IMG/VR virus record: IMGVR_UViG_3300045996_002337
Location: 285,661-349,660 of that record
Strand: one strand, 5' to 3'
Length of the DNA stretch: 64,000 bases
Positions 44,072 through 52,927 of the stretch are shown piece by piece. Below the pieces are notes generated by a model that was not told the origin of the DNA, made no database searches, and was given only the letters and a program-made list of their open reading frames with translations. Positions within the stretch are counted from its first letter, which is position 1; every line of letters begins with the position of its first letter. A program made the translations under genes and the position numbers.

Positions 44072-44974
44072 TTATTCTGCGTCAGCCTTGGCCTTCTGTG
44101 CAGCAGCGCGAGCGCGGAGCTGTTCAACCACAGAGAGCTTCTTTTCACCGGCAGGTGCCGGAGCTGGGGCAGCTTCAGGAGTTTCATCATCCTCAGCTGG
44201 AGCTGGAGCCGCCTTCGGTGCTGCGGCTGGCTTAGCCTTAGGAGCCGGAGCTTCTTCCTTGTCGCCAGCGAAAGAACCGCCGGTTTGGTCGGCCAGAAGC
44301 ATTGCTTCCAGCACGTCACGCGACATCTTAGGCGTGCGGTAGTCAGCCAGGTTGTACAGCTCCATCGATTCGATGATGTCATCGGCGACGTCCGTCTGCT
44401 TCGGTGAGAAGCTTGAAGTGCCGTAGTCAGCGTATTCGCCAGACTTCGTCTTCTTGATGCGGAAGTTGTAGCCGCCCTTCAGTTCGTAAGGAGGCTCATC
44501 CATGTCACCCGATTGGAATGCCGATTGGATCTGCTTGAAGATCTTCGGGCCGAATTCGATCAGCTTGACGAGCTGCTCTTGATCGTGCTCGATCGGGGTG
44601 TCAGTCACAAGAACTTGACCGATGTACGACTTCTTGCGGTAGTACTTCTTGCCGAGTTGTTCGTTGTGCTCAGGATCCTTCTCGTCGTAGTACTTTTGCG
44701 AGAGGGCGCAGATCGGGCAATCTTGATCGTACATCTTCAAGCAAGGCACTTTTTCGCGCTTGCCATTGATCACGAGTTCGTGGGCCAGGTTTTCAACCAG
44801 GAAGCCCATTGGGTTTTCTTCGTCTGCGTCGGGGAGGAATCGAACAGTAGAAACGCTGTCGACTGGTGCTTTCCAGAAGTTGAAGAACAGCTTCCATGTT
44901 TGGTTGCTGGAGCTTTCGCCTGTGTTCTTGGAAGCAAATGCGGAAGCGAGGTCCGCGAGAGATTTCTTAGCCAT
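44072..44974 (-). CDS. Single-stranded DNA-binding protein (T4 gp32-like)
   Basis: VRFLPD, PCLKMYDQDCPIC, IEFGPKIF, GGYNFRIK, YGTSSF. Confidence 0.88.
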   Translation of the reverse strand: MAKKSLADLASAFASKNTGESSSNQTWKLFFNFWKAPVDSVSTVRFLPDADEENPMGFLVENLAHELVINGKREKVPCLKMYDQDCPICALSQKYYDEKDPEHNEQLGKKYYRKKSYIGQVLVTDTPIEHDQEQLVKLIEFGPKIFKQIQSAFQSGDMDEPPYELKGGYNFRIKKTKSGEYADYGTSSFSPKQTDVADDIIESMELYNLADYRTPKMSRDVLEAMLLADQTGGSFAGDKEEAPAPKAKPAAAPKAAPAPAEDDETPEAAPAPAPAGEKKLSVVEQLRARAAAQKAKADAE

Positions 44975-45035
44975 GAGTCAAACCTTTCAAAGTTACAAAA
45001 TAATCGTAAAAGCACCGTCTCTTTCGACGGCTTGG

Positions 45036-45043
45036 TATTTATA
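45036..45043 (-). promoter_or_regulatory. Late promoter TATAAATA upstream of gp32
   Basis: Exact T4 late consensus. Confidence 0.65.
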
Positions 45044-45145
45044 GCAAAACACCAGCTCTTACAACCTTCGCGGTTAATTGCTTAACCGGAGATATAATTG
45101 TAACATGGAAAAGAGTGTAACCGACCTGAAGTGTGGTTGAAGAAA

Positions 45146-45805
45146 CTAGTTCAACCAATGGAGCAAAACTTGTGACTTTACAACATCGAAGAACATTTTG
45201 ACACGGGCGAAGAAACCAAGAAGAATACCGTACTTCTTCTCTTTGATCGTCTGAGAGAGCCCCTTAAAAACCTTGTACTTGTAGCCACGCCCAACATGGT
45301 AGGCGTAGAAGTTCAAAGCCGCCTCGATCATGAACCTGCTCTTGTAACGATCAGGTATGGAGTTCCAGAAAGATCGCGTTACTGCTCGCTCACCGCCCAA
45401 CAGTGGAATGACACGAAGAAGAAACCGCAGCATGTAGATCGCGCGGTTGCGCATAGCGATCATCATGTCAACCTCGCCGTCAACAACAGGGCCAAGTGTC
45501 TGTGTGATGATCGTGTGGGTTAAACCGTGAACGTCCGCATCACAGAAGAAAATGAACTCTGCTTCGGACTCGCGCACCCCTCGATCCATTGCTTGACCTT
45601 TCCCAAGGTTCAATGGTTGCTGAATGACACGAACTGGAAATTGATTGGCTACTGCGACTGTATCGTCGGTCGAGCCGTCATCTACAACGATGATCTCATC
45701 AAATGGAAATGAACACAAAACACGAAGGACCTCAGCGATTCGAGGTCCTTCGTTGTGGGCGGCAACTACAGCCGCAACCTTACGGTGCGATGATTTTGAA
45801 CCCAT
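45146..45805 (-). CDS. Glycosyltransferase family 2
   Basis: VVAAHNEG, IIVVDDGSTDDT, NLGKGQAM, FFCDAD, LGGERA; likely start MGSKSS. Confidence 0.88.
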   Translation of the reverse strand: MGSKSSHRKVAAVVAAHNEGPRIAEVLRVLCSFPFDEIIVVDDGSTDDTVAVANQFPVRVIQQPLNLGKGQAMDRGVRESEAEFIFFCDADVHGLTHTIITQTLGPVVDGEVDMMIAMRNRAIYMLRFLLRVIPLLGGERAVTRSFWNSIPDRYKSRFMIEAALNFYAYHVGRGYKYKVFKGLSQTIKEKKYGILLGFFARVKMFFDVVKSQVLLHWLN

Positions 45806-47024
45806 CCACTTCAGGCCCCAGCCACGGGGTTTCCTGCTGCATGTAGATCTGGTGGACACGGAAAGCCGGCAGCTCCTTGTCTCCACGCGTCTTCTGACGG
45901 GACTTCGCCGTTTCTTCCGAAACGTAGAACTCGATGGAGACAACCTTGTAACCACGCTGCTTCGCGGCTTCGATCCATGGCGAGCGGCCCTTTCGACCCT
46001 GGTTCATTCGATCCAAGATGATGTCGTCGCTCGAGTCCAACGCCTGCTGGTACCTCATCTTCGCGTACGCGTCGTATTTCGACCCCGGGTTCAAGTGGCA
46101 GAACTTCCATGCGGCGTCGTACTTCTCCGCAGCCGTCTGAACTTCGTACGTCTTTTCCATGAGCAGCCCTGCGTATTCCATGCGGTACGCATCTTCAGAG
46201 ACCACCGTGGTCCGGCTCATCTCACCTTGGTTCTTGATCCACGTGGACTTGCCCGCACCAGACACACCGCACAGCACAAACAGCGTACGCTGCCGTTCAC
46301 GCAACAGACGTTCGCCGGTTTCTTTACTGTAATCGGCAACGCCATTAACGATCTCAAACGGGGGCGCCCGCTTCTTGCTAAACATACGAGCACCAGCGTC
46401 GATTTGCTTGTACGGCAAATGGCGGAACTCGGCGATCCAGTCCTCGACGTTCTTCAGCTTCGTTTCGTGGTCGTCACTGATCCGACCTGCGGCATCCGAG
46501 CGCAGCATGTCCCAGTACGATTCCTCATCATCGCCCATAGTCAAACCAACCGCCTGACGCAGGTTGTTGCGCTTCGTCGGGTTCTTCAGTCCATACGGCA
46601 GGTGATGCTCGATCATGAACTTGATGGTGCGAACGTCGTTCCAGCCGTAGCCTTGCGCAAAGAACATCTCACGCAACTCCGCTTGATCGCACATGAATGA
46701 GAGAAACTCGTTGGCAGAAACAGGCTCATGCCCGGCATAACGCCGGTACATCACGCCAGGCTCGTCCTTCTTCTCGAGCACCTCTTCAGCTTCAGGCTTG
46801 CCAAAGTCATGAAAGAGCAGTGCCATCAGTGCCAGCATCCGCTCCCGCTCAGTGCGATGGGCGGAGAACTTGTTCATGTAGGCCTCAATCGTCATGAGGG
46901 TGTGGACAGCCACATTGGCTTCACGGTGCCAAGGAGAGTTCTCGACGACGGACTCCATCACCTTCCAGTGCGGGGTCTCCATCACCTTGATGAGGAATTC
47001 AGCAAAAAAATCGGTGGTTTTCAT
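45780..47024 (-). CDS. HD phosphohydrolase fused to P-loop polynucleotide-kinase-like (AAA_33) domain
   Basis: SPWHREANVAVHT, LLFHDFGKP, HH, RSDAAGR; LCGVSGAGKSTW, VSEDAYR, ILDRMN; start MKTTDFF. Confidence 0.82.
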   Translation of the reverse strand: MKTTDFFAEFLIKVMETPHWKVMESVVENSPWHREANVAVHTLMTIEAYMNKFSAHRTERERMLALMALLFHDFGKPEAEEVLEKKDEPGVMYRRYAGHEPVSANEFLSFMCDQAELREMFFAQGYGWNDVRTIKFMIEHHLPYGLKNPTKRNNLRQAVGLTMGDDEESYWDMLRSDAAGRISDDHETKLKNVEDWIAEFRHLPYKQIDAGARMFSKKRAPPFEIVNGVADYSKETGERLLRERQRTLFVLCGVSGAGKSTWIKNQGEMSRTTVVSEDAYRMEYAGLLMEKTYEVQTAAEKYDAAWKFCHLNPGSKYDAYAKMRYQQALDSSDDIILDRMNQGRKGRSPWIEAAKQRGYKVVSIEFYVSEETAKSRQKTRGDKELPAFRVHQIYMQQETPWLGPEVDGFKIIAP

Positions 47025-47184
47025 AACCTGATTATAACCCCTTGGTGGCAAGCGTGTTAAATTTTTGCCAAGAAAATGGTAAGTGAGACACCAATGGTAA
47101 CTACAAGTGCCCAAAGAGCGAGCATCAGCCTGAACGCGGGCCAAATAGTTCGCTCACTTTGATATGGTAAGGAGTACGTCTGCC

Positions 47185-47439
47185 TCATTCCTTCTCCGGC
47201 GGATAAGGCCATTGCCAGATGGAATCACTGGTCGTTTGAGGTGGTTCAGGCAGGTTGGTGTGCGTCCCCTTCTTTTTGTCAAGCGAAATGACAGGCAACC
47301 CGAAAGGACCCGTATCGCCATCGATCGTGAAATATGTTCCGTCTTCACAGAGAATTTCCACCTCGTTGATCGCATTGGTGCGAACATCTTTGATGGTCTT
47401 GCCCTTCAACTTCTTAAAGCCGCGCGTTTTATCAGTCAT
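47185..47439 (-). CDS. Hypothetical protein
   Basis: GAGG SD; coupled to upstream stop. Confidence 0.55.
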   Translation of the reverse strand: MTDKTRGFKKLKGKTIKDVRTNAINEVEILCEDGTYFTIDGDTGPFGLPVISLDKKKGTHTNLPEPPQTTSDSIWQWPYPPEKE

Positions 47440-47783
47440 CAGTCGATCCTCGTTTTGGCTTCCGCCTTCAGACCATATTTACGGAGTTCTGCAGCGAACG
47501 CCTCGGCACCTGCAGCCTTCACCTCCATGTTCTGCGTACTGTGAGCAGATGGGTTGTAGATGTGCCAGCCGCCGTAGTAGGAGTCGAGTCGCCCCAAACC
47601 GATTTCCTTCATCACCGTGATCCACAGACCACGAGCCGGCTTGATGTTGACCCACGCGAAGCCACACGGGTATTGATTGTCGCCGTGTTGCTCAACATAG
47701 GCCCGTGCGTGGCGCGCAGCAACTTCTTGGGCTTCTTGAAGCGCCTTGAGAATGAAGGCGCGGTCATACTTTTGTTTTGTCAT
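47439..47783 (-). CDS. Phage hypothetical protein (CGFAWV motif)
   Basis: YPCGFAWVNIKP...STQNMEVKAAGAEAFA; GGAG SD. Confidence 0.7.
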   Translation of the reverse strand: MTKQKYDRAFILKALQEAQEVAARHARAYVEQHGDNQYPCGFAWVNIKPARGLWITVMKEIGLGRLDSYYGGWHIYNPSAHSTQNMEVKAAGAEAFAAELRKYGLKAEAKTRID

Positions 47784-48043
47784 CGCGGTTCTCCGTAGTA
47801 TGCACGATAGCGGGCCAAGCAATTATCACAAGTGCAGTCATCATTCTCAGCCTGCTGCACGCGCCAACCGAGATCGGTCAAAACTTCTGGCTTGACTTCA
47901 ACTGGTTTCGGTGGATTGGCGCGAGCGGCGTCCCAAGCTTCCTTCGCAGCCATGAGCGCAACATGCTTGATTGAACCGTATCGCGCAGTAAAGTCGGTGC
48001 TGGCAAGCCAGTCTTCGAAGGTCTTGTGTTTGTAGAAAGCCAT
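47780..48043 (-). CDS. Hypothetical protein with C-terminal CxCxxC
   Basis: DCTCDNC; coupled ORF. Confidence 0.55.
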   Translation of the reverse strand: MAFYKHKTFEDWLASTDFTARYGSIKHVALMAAKEAWDAARANPPKPVEVKPEVLTDLGWRVQQAENDDCTCDNCLARYRAYYGEPR

Positions 48044-48045
48044 TT

Positions 48046-48354
48046 TTACACCAGAAGGTCAACTTCTTCAGACGAGAGCTCAATCTGAAGCTCGTAGCCA
48101 GCGAGCTCTTGAATGCGCTTGAGGTGCTTCAGCCGGCGTTTTGCGAAGTGAAGGCTCCACGAAATATGGTCATCGCATGGCTCTGAGAAGGAGAAGAGGC
48201 GCTTGAAGAAGGGAAGGGCCTTGAACGCGGCGATCTTCCGGTCCATTTCCTCTTTCTCCTTTCGCAGCTCGACAAGGCGAGCTTCACTAGCGTGGATGGC
48301 CTTGTCGAGCAGAACGCAGAGAGCCTCGTGGTCGGCGTGAGAAACGATTTTCAT
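48046..48354 (-). CDS. Hypothetical protein
   Basis: 102 aa with coiled-coil segment. Confidence 0.6.
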   Translation of the reverse strand: MKIVSHADHEALCVLLDKAIHASEARLVELRKEKEEMDRKIAAFKALPFFKRLFSFSEPCDDHISWSLHFAKRRLKHLKRIQELAGYELQIELSSEEVDLLV

Positions 48355-48363
48355 GGCGTTCTT

Positions 48364-48855
48364 TCAGAAGTGCGGGTTGCGTTCGTCAACGATGCCCTTG
48401 ATCAGAGACCAGGTTCCACCGACCATCTTCCAACCAGAGGTCTTGCCCTTGCGGTTGAAGGTGCACTTTTGACGGTGGGCGCCATCCGACTTAGAGACAT
48501 CTTCTGTGTAGATGCGAAGGCCCTTGGTGATGCGAACGATCTTGCCGCAGGGGTAGTAGTCACCGTTGAAACCGTACGAAACGTCGTCGCCAACCTTCGG
48601 GAGTTCCATGACGCCGAATTGATCCGAGGTGCCAGAACCGTTGTCGTAGGCGATCCAGGTGACGCCGTAGATTTCAGTGAGTTGAGCGGCGATGTCTTCC
48701 GCTTCAGCGAACGTCTTGTAGTCCCAGCCGTTTTGCTTGGCTTGATCGTACGTGATGCCAGGAAACTCCTTCATCTTCGGCGTGCCCGTGTAGGGCTGCT
48801 CCGGCGCAACTGCAACGACCTTGCCTTTGTTGAGGAGAACGTAGGTGCTGGACAT
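48364..48855 (-). CDS. Hypothetical early protein
   Basis: First gene after early promoter; GDDVSYGFNGDYYPCG beta-rich domain. Confidence 0.7.
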   Translation of the reverse strand: MSSTYVLLNKGKVVAVAPEQPYTGTPKMKEFPGITYDQAKQNGWDYKTFAEAEDIAAQLTEIYGVTWIAYDNGSGTSDQFGVMELPKVGDDVSYGFNGDYYPCGKIVRITKGLRIYTEDVSKSDGAHRQKCTFNRKGKTSGWKMVGGTWSLIKGIVDERNPHF

Positions 48856-48885
48856 CTGGGATTCCTGTTTGGTTGGTATGATGCT

Positions 48886-48916
48886 ATTATACTCAACCTG
48901 CGGATTCTGTGTAAAG
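48886..48916 (-). promoter_or_regulatory. Early promoter, CGCAGGTTG family
   Basis: TTTACA-cagaatcCGCAGGTTGag-TATAAT followed by ACCAACCAAAC leader. Confidence 0.78.
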
Positions 48917-48918
48917 AG

Positions 48919-49179
48919 TTACACCTTACGTGGACCTGCGCCACGATGTTGTTTTGACCATTCGTAGTCGTGGCCGTCGGGGGTCTTGCCATCGGTCACG
49001 GCGTCAACACCGGGCTTGCCGATATTGTCAGCCAACTGGAGAGAGATGGAGACGTGCTGCTCGCCGAGCTTGCGAAGATCCGCAACGACTTTCATTGCGA
49101 GAGTGTACTCATCGTCTTTAAAACGCTCGCACCGCGGCTGATGCTCATCCTTTGATAGATAGAAAACAACAATAGACAT
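48919..49179 (-). CDS. Hypothetical protein
   Basis: 86-aa ORF in intergenic space. Confidence 0.55.
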   Translation of the reverse strand: MSIVVFYLSKDEHQPRCERFKDDEYTLAMKVVADLRKLGEQHVSISLQLADNIGKPGVDAVTDGKTPDGHDYEWSKQHRGAGPRKV

Positions 49180-49245
49180 TAAGCTCTTTCTTAGTTAATG
49201 AATTTTATCACAACCAAGAAAGCGGGTGTTCTATTTTTAGGTTAG

Positions 49246-49995
49246 TTAAGCGTTCAAAAATTGCCGGGTGGGTGGCGTGAAGGCCTCTGTGTAGCGTGCG
49301 AGTCCAAACGTGAAGCGAACATCATCAACGTAGCCAGCAAAGTTGCGCGAGTTTTGCCCGGCGGTGGAACCAACTCCGTTTAGAATTCTGAACTGCTGTG
49401 CTGGATAGTCAGTGGTGTCCGCGGCAGACCCTAAAAGATTTCCGTTGTAAAACGCATAAACGACGCTTGAACTTCTCACTAGAGCCAAATGTGTCCACGT
49501 GGTGTTTGGCGTTATGGCTGAAAGCCCCACTGGAATTTGCGTGGCTCCAGATGCCCCCGCGTAGAAGGCGACTCTACCAATGCCCGTAGTACCTGGGAAG
49601 CCACCACTGGCAACAGAGCTTGAGACAAAGAACCGAATGCCGGTGTCGCTTCCCATCAACTGCATGGAGATGTCATTGGCCGCCGTTTTATAGATCCACA
49701 TTTCAATGGTGAAATCGCCGGTGCCAATAGCTGGTAGCTGCGGCGATGAAATGATAAAAACGTTCGAGCTGCCGGTACCCGTACCGGCAGTGATTGAGCT
49801 TTTGCCAAACTTTTTGACTGATGCGCTAACGGTCGGGGTTCCGCTACGACTAACAGCGACCCCGTACTTAGAGGCATCACCGCCCCGCAACTCAGTTCCA
49901 GTGGGCGTGCCACTGCCTTGCATCAGTAGTCGCACTTTATCGAAGTGTGGATCACGCTCCACCGCAGGAGAAAGTGCTTGAGCGATGTTAAACAT
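49246..49995 (-). CDS. Laminin G/ConA-like domain virion protein
   Basis: DPHFDKVRLL, KKFGKSS, GTGDFTIEMW, WTHLALVR, FAGYVDDVRFT.GLARY. Confidence 0.8.
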   Translation of the reverse strand: MFNIAQALSPAVERDPHFDKVRLLMQGSGTPTGTELRGGDASKYGVAVSRSGTPTVSASVKKFGKSSITAGTGTGSSNVFIISSPQLPAIGTGDFTIEMWIYKTAANDISMQLMGSDTGIRFFVSSSVASGGFPGTTGIGRVAFYAGASGATQIPVGLSAITPNTTWTHLALVRSSSVVYAFYNGNLLGSAADTTDYPAQQFRILNGVGSTAGQNSRNFAGYVDDVRFTFGLARYTEAFTPPTRQFLNA

Positions 49996-51353
49996 TACGC
50001 GAAGCCTCTAGCAAGGGCGCAGATCAAGGCATTAAGCGTCGAGTCATAGTAACAAGAAAGCATGTTGACGCTGTTTGGTCCTGAGCCGACAGCGGGGGTA
50101 TCACCACCTGCAAATCGATACATGGTTCCATACGCTAGAGTGCGGCCGCCAGTAGCATCTTGAACAAGCAGTACGTTAATGGTTTGACCATCAATAAGTC
50201 CCGTTGGATTAGCAAGAGTTGCGTTTTCAGTTAGAGATAGGCGGAAGTTATTGGACAGCGTTGCGTCAATCGCCACCGATCCAGCAGAAATTGATAGGGC
50301 GACAGGGGCAATGACCTGCGCCTTTGTGAAGGTGTTGACGGTGTTTGTGCTTACACTTTGGCCAGAAGATGTTTGTTGCCAGGTAGGCGGCGCATTACCA
50401 TTTGACGTAAGCACCCAACCAACTTGCCCGTACCCGCTTGCCGTGGCGCCGGTTCCACCAAATGCGAGGCCGCCCTGTGGTGTGATCATCAAGCGATCTT
50501 CAATGGCGCCACCAACACCAGTTTGAATTTTCACAGTTCCACTGTTAGCAATGCCGTTGTTGGCCGACCCACCTGCAGCACCACCACGGATGATCACATC
50601 ACCGCCGTTTACTGGTGTCGCTGCAAATGCCGAGTCTGCTGAGCCGCCGCCCTGGAGAATAAGGTCACCGCCAGCACCGCCCTTGTTATCTGACGAGAAG
50701 AAGAGCGTTGCAGTTCCACCGCGAACTGTTACATCTGGAGCATCAGCATTTGCCGTGCTCTGTGAGCCTGCACCAATTAGAAAGCCGCCACCAGAAGTTG
50801 TGCCCAATGTGAGTGTAGTAGAACCGTTGAACGTGAGGCCACCGCTTCCAGCAAAGATGCCGGCGTTATTGTACTGCACCTGACCAGTTGAGCCGGCGGG
50901 GGTTGTCGCTGGTGTAGAAGTGGTGGCAAGCTCTTGCCAGTTACCTAACGTTCCTGCACCTTCTGCGCGCAGAATAAATGTCTTGCTGAGGTCGGTGCGT
51001 ACCGCGACATCACCTACTTCTGCTGTCAGCGCTAGCATCGCAGCTTGTGATCCAACCACAAACGTATCAGTGATGGCAACAGCTGGCAGCTGCGACGTAA
51101 GCAGCTTACTTGTCCCATCCAACGCTGCCGGTGTGTAGCCTAAGGCGGTAATGATGTCAGCACTGGTAATGCCGCCGCCGGCACCAACCACGCCCCAATC
51201 GGTGCCGGTAAACACGTGAAGCGCGGGGGTGGGCGTCGTTAGAAAGAAGAGCTCGCCAGTGTTGTTGCCAACTGTTGGCAGGGCCGTACCGCTAGCAACC
51301 GTGAAATTCACGGCTGACGAGGCGCCCATAAGTTCAATACCGTCCAAAAGCAT
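49995..51353 (-). CDS. Fibre protein
   Basis: DIITALGYTP, DTFVV.SQAAMLAL..EVGDVAVRTD, GQVQYN..G, C-terminal ATLANPT domain; late promoter at 51378-51383. Confidence 0.75.
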   Translation of the reverse strand: MLLDGIELMGASSAVNFTVASGTALPTVGNNTGELFFLTTPTPALHVFTGTDWGVVGAGGGITSADIITALGYTPAALDGTSKLLTSQLPAVAITDTFVVGSQAAMLALTAEVGDVAVRTDLSKTFILRAEGAGTLGNWQELATTSTPATTPAGSTGQVQYNNAGIFAGSGGLTFNGSTTLTLGTTSGGGFLIGAGSQSTANADAPDVTVRGGTATLFFSSDNKGGAGGDLILQGGGSADSAFAATPVNGGDVIIRGGAAGGSANNGIANSGTVKIQTGVGGAIEDRLMITPQGGLAFGGTGATASGYGQVGWVLTSNGNAPPTWQQTSSGQSVSTNTVNTFTKAQVIAPVALSISAGSVAIDATLSNNFRLSLTENATLANPTGLIDGQTINVLLVQDATGGRTLAYGTMYRFAGGDTPAVGSGPNSVNMLSCYYDSTLNALICALARGFA

Positions 51354-51394
51354 GTTTGATCCTTTAACTGTGTGAACTATTTATGAGCAAGTCC

Positions 51395-52927
51395 TCACAT
51401 CATGAACGGTACCGGCTCGTCTCCATACTGGTCACCCTCATTGGGTGCCACGTACTCGTTCACCTGCTTAAACGCGGTGTCGTTGTACTCAGAGAGACGC
51501 TTGAGCAAACGAATGACAATGATGGTTGCCATCACGCAGTCAGAAGTTGCTCCCGGCTTGTGATCATAAGAACCACCTCGAGCCACAAAGTTCTTCAGTT
51601 CGTCGAGTAAGACCGTTGATTTGATCTGAAGGCCACCATTGATTTTTTCAACCAGTGATTTGAGCTGCAAGCAGGCAAGCACCTTTGTTTTACCTGACGT
51701 GAAGACTCCAAGCTTATCTGAAGATGGTTGATCACAATAGAGCTCGGCGTGTTCAGGTTGCTTTTCATCATTTTGGTAGAGTGCTGACATGGCCTCACCA
51801 ATACCGTTTCGCTCGAATGTCCAAAGAACTTCGGCGCGTCCTCTACCAATTGGCGCCGAAAGTTTCTCGAGTATCCACTTTAGCTTTGCGTAGAGCAGGG
51901 GGATGTTGATATCGTTTGATCGCCACTCAGCCACCTGCTCGAGTGATGGAAACTCAAAGACCTCAATGACTGAGAAGTCATTGCCTGAGCCTGTGGCCGG
52001 GTCAACCCCAACCAGATATGTACGGCCTTGACCACCTAGCTCTTCTTCAGGTTTCCAAAACTTAAACCCGAGGTCCTCATAGAGATGATGCGTGGGCGCA
52101 ATTTGGATCAGCTTCATTGAGTTGATCAGCAACGCATCTGATGATAAGAATTCGCACCCGACTTCTTGCCGCGTAGCAAGGGGCCCGATCTGTCCAACCA
52201 TGTCATCCCAGTACTGATCATCCCGCTCGGGGTGTTCTTTCCAGTGCACTTGAAATGGCTTGTACACATTTGTGCCAGACATTGCTCCACGCCACAACGA
52301 GGCAAAGAGATCCGTGTCTCCGTTTGGGGTTGAGGAAATGATAGCAGAACCACCAGTAGACAGGGTAGGCGACAGCGAGTTCCACATCTGCTGCTGAATG
52401 CGTGGGTTAATAAACGCCAACTCGTCAAGATACAGCTTCGAGATGGACAGGCCTCGACCAGTCTTGTCAGTCGTTGCTTCACAAACAACTCGTGATCCGT
52501 TGTCAAGGTCAATCTTGTGCATGTTGTAGTACTTCAAACCTGGCTTGATCCAGCTTGGAAGTTCTTCATACGCGAGCTTAACGCGACCGGCAATTTCAAG
52601 GGCGTGAGAACCGTTCTTCGAGGCGATCAGCACGGTGGCATCGTCGTTGAAGAGCGCGTACCAAAGCAGGTACATGGCAGCCGTGACCGTCTTACCGCAC
52701 TGACGCGGTTGCAGCGTGATCGTAAAACGGTTGGAGTGAATGTGACGAACGAACCGTTCCTGGTAGTCAAACATGTTGAAGGGAACGATACCGCGGGTTG
52801 GGTGGTTCACCTTCACATAGGTTCGAATGAAGTACACTGGATCCCGCTTGCAACGCGCAAGCTCTTGGATCATGAACGGCGTATACTCGTCTGTTGCGTA
52901 CGCCTTCTTAAGCTGCGGGTTCTTCAT
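51395..52927 (-). CDS. terL: Terminase large subunit (T4 gp17-like)
   Basis: PRQCGKT, LYLDELAF, SSTPNG, GCEFL, nuclease YLVGVDPATG, SDCVMA. Confidence 0.95.
   Translation of the reverse strand: MKNPQLKKAYATDEYTPFMIQELARCKRDPVYFIRTYVKVNHPTRGIVPFNMFDYQERFVRHIHSNRFTITLQPRQCGKTVTAAMYLLWYALFNDDATVLIASKNGSHALEIAGRVKLAYEELPSWIKPGLKYYNMHKIDLDNGSRVVCEATTDKTGRGLSISKLYLDELAFINPRIQQQMWNSLSPTLSTGGSAIISSTPNGDTDLFASLWRGAMSGTNVYKPFQVHWKEHPERDDQYWDDMVGQIGPLATRQEVGCEFLSSDALLINSMKLIQIAPTHHLYEDLGFKFWKPEEELGGQGRTYLVGVDPATGSGNDFSVIEVFEFPSLEQVAEWRSNDINIPLLYAKLKWILEKLSAPIGRGRAEVLWTFERNGIGEAMSALYQNDEKQPEHAELYCDQPSSDKLGVFTSGKTKVLACLQLKSLVEKINGGLQIKSTVLLDELKNFVARGGSYDHKPGATSDCVMATIIVIRLLKRLSEYNDTAFKQVNEYVAPNEGDQYGDEPVPFMM

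Noticed and set aside
45645-46700. 351-aa plus-strand ORF
   Set aside because: Shadow of the HD-kinase gene, which has clear motifs on the minus strand
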